A DNA stretch of 64,000 nt, taken from assembly GCF_009914755.1 (NCBI RefSeq), contig NC_060927.1; one strand, given 5' to 3'. The position numbers were made by a program, and so were the translations under genes. Within the stretch, counting starts at the first letter, position 1, and every line of letters begins with the position of its first letter. This document shows positions 53,701-64,000 of the stretch, one piece after another. The notes beneath the pieces are model-generated. The model was not told where the DNA came from and searched no databases. It was given only the letters and a program-made list of their open reading frames with translations. Source of the stretch: the human T2T-CHM13v2.0 reference genome, Homo sapiens.

Positions 53701-56700
53701 ATGAAAAGAAAGGTTAAACTCTGTGAGTTGAACGCACACATCACAAAGTAGCTTCTGAGAATGATACTGTCTAGTTTTTATACGAAGATATTTCCTTTCT
53801 ACCATTGGTGTCAAAGCGCTAGAATTCTCCACTTGCAAATTCCACAAAAAGAGTGTTTCCAATCTGCTCTGTCTAAAGGAAGGTTCAACTCTGTGAGTTG
53901 AATACACACACACAAAGAAGCTACTGAGAATTCTTTTGTCAAGAATTATAAGAAGAAATCCCGTTTCCAACGAAGGCCTCAAAGAGTTCCAAATATCCAC
54001 TTGCACACTGCACAAACTAAGTCTTTCCAAACTGCTCTATGCAAAGAAATGTTCAACTCTGTGAGTTTAATACGCACATCACAAAGCAGTTTCTGAGAAT
54101 GATACTGTCTAGTTTTTATACGAAGATATTTCCTTTTGTACCATTGGCCTCATACTGCTAGAATTTTCCACTTGCAAATTCCACAAAAAGAGTGTTTCCA
54201 ATCCGCTCTGTCTAAAGGAAGGTTCAACTCTCTGATTTGAATACATACATCCCAAAAGAAGTTACTGAGAATTCTTCTGGCTAGCATTATGTGAAGAAAT
54301 CCCGTTTCCAACGAAAGCCTCAAAGAGGTCCAAATATCCAGTTGCAGAATTTACAAACTGACTGTTTCCAAACTCATCTATGAAAAGAAAGGTTAAACTC
54401 TGGGAGTTGAATGCACATATCACAAAGTAGTTCCTGAGAATGATTCTGTCTAGTTTTCATACGAAGATATTTCCTTTTCCACCAATGGCCTCAAAGTGCT
54501 TGAAATCTCCCCTTGCAAATTCCACAGACAAGTGTTTCAAATCTGCACTGTCTAAAGGAAGGTTCAACCCTGTGAGTTGAATACACACACACAGAAAAAA
54601 ATTCACTGAGAATTCTATTGTCTATCATTACACGAAGAAATCCCGTTTACTACGAAGGCCTCAAAGAGGTCCAAATATCCAGCTGCAGACATTACAAACT
54701 GAGTGTTTCCAAAGTGCTCTATGAAAAGAAGTGTTAAACACTGTGAGTTCAATGCACACATCCCAAAGCAGTTTCTGAGAATGATTCCGTCTATTTTTTC
54801 TACGAAGATATTTCCTTTTCTGCCGTTGGCCTCAAAGCGCTTGAAATCTCCACTTGCAAATTCCACAAAAAGAGAGTTTCAAATCTGCTCTGTCTAAAGG
54901 AAGGTTCAACTCTGTGAGTTGAATACACACCACAAAAAGAAGTTACTGAGAATTCTTCTGTCTAGCATTATATGAAAAATCCCGTTTCCAACGAAGGCCA
55001 CAAAGAGGTCCAAATATCCACTTGCAGATTCTGCAAAAAGAGTGTTTCCAAACTGCTCTATGAAAAGAAACGTTAAACTCTGTGAGTTGAACGCAAACAT
55101 CACAAAGTAGTTTCTGAGAATGACTCCGTCTAGTTTTTATACGAAGATATTTCCTTTCCTACCATTCACTTCAAAGCGCTTGAAGTCTCCCCCTGAAAAT
55201 TCTACAAAAAGTGTTTCCAATCTGCTCCGCCTAAAGGAAGCTTCAACTCTGTGACTTGAATACCCACAACCCAAAGAAGTTACTGAGAATTCTTCTGTCT
55301 AGCATTATATGAAGAAATCCCGTTTCCAACGAAGGCCTCAAATACATCCAAATATCCAGTTGCTGACTTTACAAACTGAGTGTTTCCAAACTGCTCTATG
55401 AAAAGAAAGGTTACACACTGTGAGTTGAACACACACGTACCAAAGTAGTTTCTGAGAATGATTCTGTCTAGTTTGCATACGAAGATATTTCCTTTTCTAC
55501 CATTGGCCTCAAAGCTCTGAAATCTCCACTTGCAAATTCCACAAAAAGAGAGTTTCAAATCTGCTGTTTCTAAAGGAAAGTTCAACTCTGAGAGTTGAAT
55601 ACACACCAGAAAAAGCAGTTACTGAGAAGTCTTCTGTCTAGCATTATATGAAGAAATCCCATTTCCAACGAAGACTTCAAAGAGGTCCAAATATCCACTT
55701 GCAGATTCTGCAAAAAGAGTGTTTCGAAACAACTGTATGAAAAGAAAGGTTAAACACTGTGAGTTGAACGCACACATTGCAAAGCAGTTTCTGAGAATGA
55801 TTCCGTCTAATTATTATACGAAGGTATTTCCTTTTCTATCATTGGCCTCAAAGCGCTTGATACCTCCACCTGAAAATTCCACAAAAAGAGTGTTTCCAAT
55901 CTACTCTGTCTAAAGGAACGTTCAACTCTGTGAGTTGAATACACACACACAGAAAGAATTCACTGAGAATTCTTCTGTCTGGCATTACATGAAGAAATCC
56001 CGTTTCCAACGAAGGCCTCAAAGAGGTCCAAATATCCACTTGCAGATTCTGCAAAAAGAGTGTTTCAAAACCGCTCCATTAAAAGGAATGTTGAACTCTG
56101 TGAGTTGAATGCAAACATCACAACTCAGTTTCTGAGAATGCTTCTGACTAGATTTTATGGTAAGATATTTCCTTTTCTACCGTAGGCTTCAATGCCCTCT
56201 AAATACACCCTTGCAAATTCTACAAAGAGACTGTTTCATAACTGCTCTATAGGAAGAAAGGTTCAACTCTGTGAGTTGAATGCAGAGATCACAACGTGGT
56301 TTCTGCGAATGATTCTTTGTAGTTTTTACATGAAGATATTTCGTTGTCAACCGTAGGCTTCAAAGCACTCAAAGTATTCACTTGGAACTTTTACAAAAAG
56401 AGTGTTAGAAAACTGCTCTTTCCAAAGTAAGGTTCAACTCTGTGAGTTGAATGCACACATAACAATCAAGAAGTTTCTGAGAATTCTTCTGTCCTGGTTT
56501 ATATGAAAAAATCCCGTTTCCAACGAAGGCCTCAAAGACGTTTAAATATCCACTTGCAGACTTCACAAACAGAGGGTTTCCAAACTGCTCTATGAAAAGA
56601 AAGGTTAAACTCTGTGAGTTGAACGCACACATCACAAAGTAGCTTCTGAGAATGATACTGTCTAGTTTTTATACGAAGATATTTCCTTTCTACCATTGGC

Positions 56701-59700
56701 GTCAAAGCGCTAGAATTCTCCACTTGCAAATTCCACAAAAAGAGTGTTTCCAATCTGCTCTGTCTAAAGGAAGGTTCAACTCTGTGAGTTGAATACACAC
56801 ACACAAAGAAGCTACTGAGAATTCTTTTGTCAAGAATTATAAGAAGAAATCCCGTTTCCAACGAAGGCCTCAAAGAGTTCCAAATATCCACTTGCACACT
56901 GCACAAACTAAGTCTTTCCAAACTGCTCTATGCAAAGAAATGTTCAACTCTGTGAGTTTAATACACACATCACAAAGCAGTTTCTGAGAATGATACTGTC
57001 TAGTTTTTATACGAAGATATTTCCTTTTGTACCATTGGCCTCATACTGCTAGAATTTTCCACTTGCAAATTCCACAAAAAGAGAGTTTCCAATCCGCTCT
57101 GTCTAAAGGAAGGTTCAACTCTCTGATTTGAATACATACATCCTAAAAGAAGTTACTGAGAATTCTTCTGTCTAGCATTATGTGAAGAAATCCCGTTTCC
57201 AACGAATGCCTCAAAGAGGTCCAAATATCCAGTTGCAGAATTTACAAACTGACTGTTTCCAAACTCATCTATGAAAAGAAAGGTTAAACTCTGGGAGTTG
57301 AATGCACATATCACAAAGTAGTTCCTGAGAATGATTCTGTCTAGTTTTTATACGAAGATATTTCCTTTTCCACCAATGGCCTCAAAGTGCTTGAAATCTC
57401 CCCTTGCAAATTCCACAGACAAGTGTTTCAAATCTGCACTGTCTAAAGGAAGGTTCAACCCTGTGAGTTGAATACACACACACAGAAAAAAATTCACTGA
57501 GAATTCTATTGTCTATCATTACACGAAGAAATCCCGTTTACTACGAAGGCCTCAAAGAGGTCCAAATATCCAGCTGCAGACATTACAAACTGAGTGTTTC
57601 CAAAGTGCTCTATGAAAAGAAGTGTTAAACACTGTGAGTTCAATGCACACATCCCAAAGCAGTTTCTGAGAATGATTCCGTCTATTTTTTCTACGAAGAT
57701 ATTTCCTTTTCTGCCGTTGGCCTCAAAGCGCTTGAAATCTCCACTTGCAAATTCCACAAAAAGAGAGTTTCAAATCTGCTCTGTCTAAAGGAAGGTTCAA
57801 CTCTGTGAGTTGAATACACACCACAAAAAGAAGTTACTGAGAATTCTTCTGTCTAGCATTATATGAAAAATCCCGTTTCCAACGAAGGCCACAAAGAGGT
57901 CCAAATATCCACTTGCAGATTCTGCAAAAAGAGTGTTTCCAAACTGCTCTATGAAAAGAAACGTTAAACTCTGTGAGTTGAACGCAAACATCACAAAGTA
58001 GTTTCTGAGAATGACTCCGTCTAGTTTTTATACGAAGATATTTCCTTTCCTACCATTCACTTCAAAGCGCTTGAAGTCTCCCCCTGAAAATTCTACAAAA
58101 AGTGTTTCCAATCTGCTCCGCCTAAAGGAAGCTTCAACTCTGTGACTTGAATACCCACAACCCAAAGAAGTTACTGAGAATTCTTCTGTCTAGCATTATA
58201 TGAAGAAATCCCGTTTCCAACGAAGGCCTCAAATACATCCAAATATCCAGTTGCTGACTTTACAAACTGAGTGTTTCCAAACTGCTCTATGAAAAGAAAG
58301 GTTACACACTGTGAGTTGAACACACACGTACCAAAGTAGTTTCTGAGAATGATTCTGTCTAGTTTGCATACGAAGATATTTCCTTTTCTACCATTGGCCT
58401 CAAAGCTCTGAAATCTCCACTTGCAAATTCCACAAAAAGAGAGTTTCAAATCTGCTGTTTCTAAAGGAAAGTTCAACTCTGAGAGTTGAATACACACCAG
58501 AAAAAGCAGTTACTGAGAAGTCTTCTGTCTAGCATTATATGAAGAAATCCCATTTCCAACGAAGACTTCAAAGAGGTCCAAATATCCACTTGCAGATTCT
58601 GCAAAAAGAGTGTTTCGAAACAACTGTATGAAAAGAAAGGTTAAACACTGTGAGTTGAACGCACACATTGCAAAGCAGTTTCTGAGAATGATTCCGTCTA
58701 ATTATTATACGAAGGTATTTCCTTTTCTATCATTGGCCTCAAAGCGCTTGATACCTCCACCTGAAAATTCCACAAAAAGAGTGTTTCCAATCTACTCTGT
58801 CTAAAGGAACGTTCAACTCTGTGAGTTGAATACACACACACAGAAAGAATTCACTGAGAATTCTTCTGTCTGGCATTACATGAAGAAATCCCGTTTCCAA
58901 CGAAGGCCTCAAAGAGGTCCAAATATCCACTTGCAGATTCTGCAAAAAGAGTGTTTCAAAACCGCTCCATTAAAAGGAATGTTGAACTCTGTGAGTTGAA
59001 TGCAAACATCACAACTCAGTTTCTGAGAATGCTTCTGACTAGATTTTATGGTAAGATATTTCCTTTTCTACCGTAGGCTTCAATGCCCTCTAAATACACC
59101 CTTGCAAATTCTACAAAGAGACTGTTTCATAACTGCTCTATAGGAAGAAAGGTTCAACTCTGTGAGTTGAATGCAGAGATCACAACGTGGTTTCTGCGAA
59201 TGATTCTTTGTAGTTTTTACATGAAGATATTTCGTTGTCAACCGTAGGCTTCAAAGCACTCAAAGTATTCACTTGGAACTTTTACAAAAAGAGTGTTAGA
59301 AAACTGCTCTTTCCAAAGTAAGGTTCAACTCTGTGAGTTGAATGCACACATAACAATCAAGAAGTTTCTGAGAATTCTTCTGTCCTGGTTTATATGAAAA
59401 AATCCCGTTTCCAACGAAGGCCTCAAAGACGTTTAAATATCCACTTGCAGACTTCACAAACAGAGGGTTTCCAAACTGCTCTATGAAAAGAAAGGTTAAA
59501 CTCTGTGAGTTGAACGCACACATCACAAAGTAGCTTCTGAGAATGATACTGTCTAGTTTTTATACGAAGATATTTCCTTTCTACCATTGGCGTCAAAGCG
59601 CTAGAATTCTCCACTTGCAAATTCCACAAAAAGAGTGTTTCCAATCTGCTCTGTCTAAAGGAAGGTTCAACTCTGTGAGTTGAATACACACACACAAAGA

Positions 59701-62700
59701 AGCTACTGAGAATTCTTTTGTCAAGAATTATAAGAAGAAATCCCGTTTCCAACGAAGGCCTCAAAGAGTTCCAAATATCCACTTGCACACTGCACAAACT
59801 AAGTCTTTCCAAACTGCTCTATGCAAAGAAATGTTCAACTCTGTGAGTTTAATACACACATCACAAAGCAGTTTCTGAGAATGATACTGTCTAGTTTTTA
59901 TACGAAGATATTTCCTTTTGTACCATTGGCCTCATACTGCTAGAATTTTCCACTTGCAAATTCCACAAAAAGAGAGTTTCCAATCCGCTCTGTCTAAAGG
60001 AAGGTTCAACTCTCTGATTTGAATACATACATCCTAAAAGAAGTTACTGAGAATTCTTCTGTCTAGCATTATGTGAAGAAATCCCGTTTCCAACGAATGC
60101 CTCAAAGAGGTCCAAATATCCAGTTGCAGAATTTACAAACTGACTGTTTCCAAACTCATCTATGAAAAGAAAGGTTAAACTCTGGGAGTTGAATGCACAT
60201 ATCACAAAGTAGTTCCTGAGAATGATTCTGTCTAGTTTTTATACGAAGATATTTCCTTTTCCACCAATGGCCTCAAAGTGCTTGAAATCTCCCCTTGCAA
60301 ATTCCACAGACAAGTGTTTCAAATCTGCACTGTCTAAAGGAAGGTTCAACCCTGTGAGTTGAATACACACACACAGAAAAAAATTCACTGAGAATTCTAT
60401 TGTCTATCATTACACGAAGAAATCCCGTTTACTACGAAGGCCTCAAAGAGGTCCAAATATCCAGCTGCAGACATTACAAACTGAGTGTTTCCAAAGTGCT
60501 CTATGAAAAGAAGTGTTAAACACTGTGAGTTCAATGCACACATCCCAAAGCAGTTTCTGAGAATGATTCCGTCTATTTTTTCTACGAAGATATTTCCTTT
60601 TCTGCCGTTGGCCTCAAAGCGCTTGAAATCTCCACTTGCAAATTCCACAAAAAGAGAGTTTCAAATCTGCTCTGTCTAAAGGAAGGTTCAACTCTGTGAG
60701 TTGAATACACACCACAAAAAGAAGTTACTGAGAATTCTTCTGTCTAGCATTATATGAAAAATCCCGTTTCCAACGAAGGCCACAAAGAGGTCCAAATATC
60801 CACTTGCAGATTCTGCAAGAAGAGTGTTTCCAAACTGCTCTATGAAAAGAAACGTTAAACTCTGTGAGTTGAACGCAAACATCACAAAGTAGTTTCTGAG
60901 AATGACTCCGTCTAGTTTTTATACGAAGATATTTCCTTTCCTACCATTCACTTCAAAGCGCTTGAAGTCTCCCCCTGAAAATTCCACAAAAAGTGTTTCC
61001 AATCTGCTCCGCCTAAAGGAAGCTTCAACTCTGTGACTTGAATACCCACAACCCAAAGAAGTTACTGAGAATTCTTCTGTCTAGCATTATATGAAGAAAT
61101 CCCGTTTCCAACGAAGGCCTCAAATACATCCAAATATCCAGTTGCTGACTTTACAAACTGAGTGTTTCCAAACTGCTCTATGAAAAGAAAGGTTAAACAC
61201 TGTGAGTTGAACACACACGTACCAAAGTAGTTTCTGAGAATGATTCTGTCTAGTTTGCATACGAAGATATTTCCTTTTCTACCATTGGCCTCAAAGCTCT
61301 GAAATCTCCACTTGCAAATTCCACAAAAAGAGAGTTTCAAATCTGCTGTTTCTAAAGGAAAGTTCAACTCTGAGAGTTGAATACACACCAGAAAAAGCAG
61401 TTACTGAGAAGTCTTCTGTCTAGCATTATATGAAGAAATCCCATTTCCAACGAAGACTTCAAAGAGGTCCAAATATCCACTTGCAGATTCTGCAAAAAGA
61501 GTGTTTCGAAACAACTGTATGAAAAGAAAGGTTAAACACTGTGAGTTGAACGCACACATTGCAAAGCAGTTTCTGAGAATGATTCCGTCTAATTATTATA
61601 CGAAGGTATTTCCTTTTCTATCATTGGCCTCAAAGCGCTTGATACCTCCACCTGAAAATTCCACAAAAAGAGTGTTTCCAATCTACTCTGTCTAAAGGAA
61701 CGTTCAACTCTGTGAGTTGAATACACACACACAGAAAGAATTCACTGAGAATTCTTCTGTCTGGCATTACGTGAAGAAATCCCGTTTCCAACGAAGGCCT
61801 CAAAGAGGTCCAAATATCCACTTGCAGATTCTGCAAAAAGAGTGTTTCAAAACCGCTCCATTAAAAGGAATGTTGAACTCTGTGAGTTGAATGCAAACAT
61901 CACAACTCAGTTTCTGAGAATGCTTCTGACTAGATTTTATGGTAAGATATTTCCTTTTCTACCGTAGGCTTCAATGCCCTCTAAATACACCCTTGCAAAT
62001 TCTACAAAGAGACTGTTTCATAACTGCTCTATAGGAAGAAAGGTTCAACTCTGTGAGTTGAATGCAGAGATCACAACGTGGTTTCTGCGAATGATTCTTT
62101 GTAGTTTTTACATGAAGATATTTCGTTGTCAACCGTAGGCTTCAAAGCACTCAAAGTATTCACTTGGAACTTTTACAAAAAGAGTGTTAGAAAACTGCTC
62201 TTTCCAAAGTAAGGTTCAACTCTGTGAGTTGAATGCACACATAACAATCAAGAAGTTTCTGAGAATTCTTCTGTCCTGGTTTATATGAAGAAATCCCGTT
62301 TCCTACGAAGGCCTCAAAGACGTTTAAATATCCACTTGCAGACTTCACAAACAGAGGGTTTCCAAACTGCTCTATGAAAAGAAAGGTTAAACTCTGTGAG
62401 TTGAACGCACACATCACAAAGTAGCTTCTGAGAATGATACTGTCTAGTTTTTATACGAAGATATTTCCTTTCTACCATTGGCGTCAAAGCGCTAGAATTC
62501 TCCACTTGCAAATTCCACAAAAAGAGTGTTTCCAATCTGCTCTGTCTAAAGGAAGGTTCAACTCTGTGAGTTGAATACACACACACAAAGAAGCTACTGA
62601 GAATTCTTTTGTCAAGAATTACAAGAAGAAATCCCGTTTCCAACGAAGGCCTCAAAGAGTTCCAAATATCCACTTGCACACTGCACAAACTAAGTCTTTC

Positions 62701-63601
62701 CAAACTGCTCTATGCAAAGAAATGTTCAACTCTGTGAGTTTAATACACACATCACAAAGCAGTTTCTGAGAATGATACTGTCTAGTTTTTATACGAAGAT
62801 ATTTCCTTTTGTACCATTGGCCTCATACTGCTAGAATTTTCCACTTGCAAATTCCACAAAAAGAGAGTTTCCAATCCGCTCTGTCTAAAGGAAGGTTCAA
62901 CTCTCTGATTTGAATACATACATCCTAAAAGAAGTTACTGAGAATTCTTCTGTCTAGCATTATGTGAAGAAATCCCGTTTCCAACGAATGCCTCAAAGAG
63001 GTCCAAATATCCAGTTGCAGAATTTACAAACTGACTGTTTCCAAACTCATCTATGAAAAGAAAGGTTAAACTCTGGGAGTTGAATGCACATATCACAAAG
63101 TAGTTCCTGAGAATGATTCTGTCTAGTTTTTATACGAAGATATTTCCTTTTCCACCAATGGCCTCAAAGTGCTTGAAATCTCCCCTTGCAAATTCCACAG
63201 ACAAGTGTTTCAAATCTGCACTGTCTAAAGGAAGGTTCAACCCTGTGAGTTGAATACACACACACAGAAAAAAATTCACTGAGAATTCTATTGTCTATCA
63301 TTACACGAAGAAATCCCGTTTACTACGAAGGCCTCAAAGAGGTCCAAATATCCAGCTGCAGACATTACAAACTGAGTGTTTCCAAAGTGCTCTATGAAAA
63401 GAAGTGTTAAACACTGTGAGTTCAATGCACACATCCCAAAGCAGTTTCTGAGAATGATTCCGTCTATTTTTTCTACGAAGATATTTCCTTTTCTGCCGTT
63501 GGCCTCAAAGCGCTTGAAATCTCCACTTGCAAATTCCACAAAAAGAGAGTTTCAAATCTGCTCTGTCTAAAGGAAGGTTCAACTCTGTGAGTTGAATACA
63601 C

Positions 63602-64000
63602 ACCACAAAAAGAAGTTACTGAGAATTCTTCTGTCTAGCATTATATGAAAAATCCCGTTTCCAACGAAGGCCACAAAGAGGTCCAAATATCCACTTGCAG
63701 ATTCTGCAAGAAGAGTGTTTCCAAACTGCTCTATGAAAAGAAACGTTAAACTCTGTGAGTTGAACGCAAACATCACAAAGTAGTTTCTGAGAATGACTCC
63801 GTCTAGTTTTTATACGAAGATATTTCCTTTCCTACCATTCACTTCAAAGCGCTTGAAGTCTCCCCCTGAAAATTCCACAAAAAGTGTTTCCAATCTGCTC
63901 CGCCTAAAGGAAGCTTCAACTCTGTGACTTGAATACCCACAACCCAAAGAAGTTACTGAGAATTCTTCTGTCTAGCATTATATGAAGAAATCCCGTTTCC
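63602..64000 (-). repeat. Partial HOR copy U23; the array continues beyond the window
   Basis: Begins ACCACAAAAAGAAG at 63602 and is cut inside the second CENP-B box (ends ...AAATCCCGTTTCC). Confidence 0.97.

Larger units (their letters stand above)
1..64000 (-). repeat. Centromeric alpha-satellite higher-order repeat array: 17-mer, 2,891 bp period, about 22.1 copies
   Basis: AT-rich ~170 bp monomers carry alphoid hallmarks (TTCAACTCTGTGAGTTGAA, TTTCTGAGAAT, TCCCGTTTCCAACGAAG). The opening motif ACCACAAAAAGAAGTTACTGAG recurs at 1, 2891, 5782 ... 60711, 63602, and the ORF track repeats with the same 2,891 bp offset. Copies differ only by scattered SNVs. The canonical CENP-B box reads on the minus strand throughout. 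Confidence 0.99.
1..64000 (-). other. D3Z1: Likely human chromosome 3 active centromeric array D3Z1 (HOR S01/1C3H1L)
   Basis: Established knowledge: D3Z1 is a ~2.9 kb, 17-monomer, HindIII-defined HOR related to suprachromosomal family 1. Seen here: 17 monomers, 2,891 bp, one AAGCTT per unit, a dimeric ~340 bp substructure and very high copy-to-copy identity typical of a live array. Not confirmed by alignment. Confidence 0.88.

Noticed and set aside
315-63776. Recurring 64-129 aa ORFs on both strands (e.g. MERLSLCSVQ..., MCIQLSELNF...)
   Set aside because: They are translations of alphoid monomers recurring with the 2,891 bp period. They overlap in conflicting frames, have no recognisable domain, and appear or disappear with single SNVs (e.g. 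the 104 aa ORF is absent in U3 and U17-U22). Not called as CDS.
1-64000. Regularly spaced conserved motifs with variable intervening sequence, superficially CRISPR-like
   Set aside because: The intervening sequences are homologous to each other and recur exactly each HOR. There are no unique spacers and no cas genes.
1-64000. Possible transposon insertion, inversion or monomer-deleted HOR variant
   Set aside because: The phase is kept at exactly +2,891 from U2 to U23 and the orientation never flips, leaving no room for any insertion or structural variant other than the 1 bp deletion in U1.
1-64000. A previously undescribed biological system
   Set aside because: Everything visible is explained by a known type of centromeric HOR array. 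The SNV patterns record array turnover, and the sequence alone does not support anything more.

Overview
The whole 64 kb window is primate (almost certainly human) centromeric alpha-satellite DNA: an uninterrupted head-to-tail array of a 17-monomer higher-order repeat (HOR) with a 2,891 bp period. It holds 22 complete copies plus a 399 bp partial copy; copy 1 is 2,890 bp because of a 1 bp deletion. The unit length, 17-mer structure, single HindIII site per unit and dimeric alternation of CENP-B boxes match the human chromosome 3 active array D3Z1 (S01/1C3H1L); this assignment is from recall, not a database search. Each HOR has 8 CENP-B-box positions on the minus strand, 7 with all essential bases and 1 with a fixed break. 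I see no genes, RNA genes, transposon insertions, inversions or monomer-number variants, and all listed ORFs are chance by-products of the repeat. I found no new biological system. The non-trivial information is in roughly 30 SNVs between HOR copies, read by eye. They define haplotype blocks, recent duplications, chimeric copies and probable short gene-conversion tracts. Copy starts (phase ACCACAAAAAGAAG): U1 1, U2 2891, U3 5782, U4 8673, U5 11564, U6 14455, U7 17346, U8 20237, U9 23128, U10 26019, U11 28910, U12 31801, U13 34692, U14 37583, U15 40474, U16 43365, U17 46256, U18 49147, U19 52038, U20 54929, U21 57820, U22 60711, U23 (partial) 63602.
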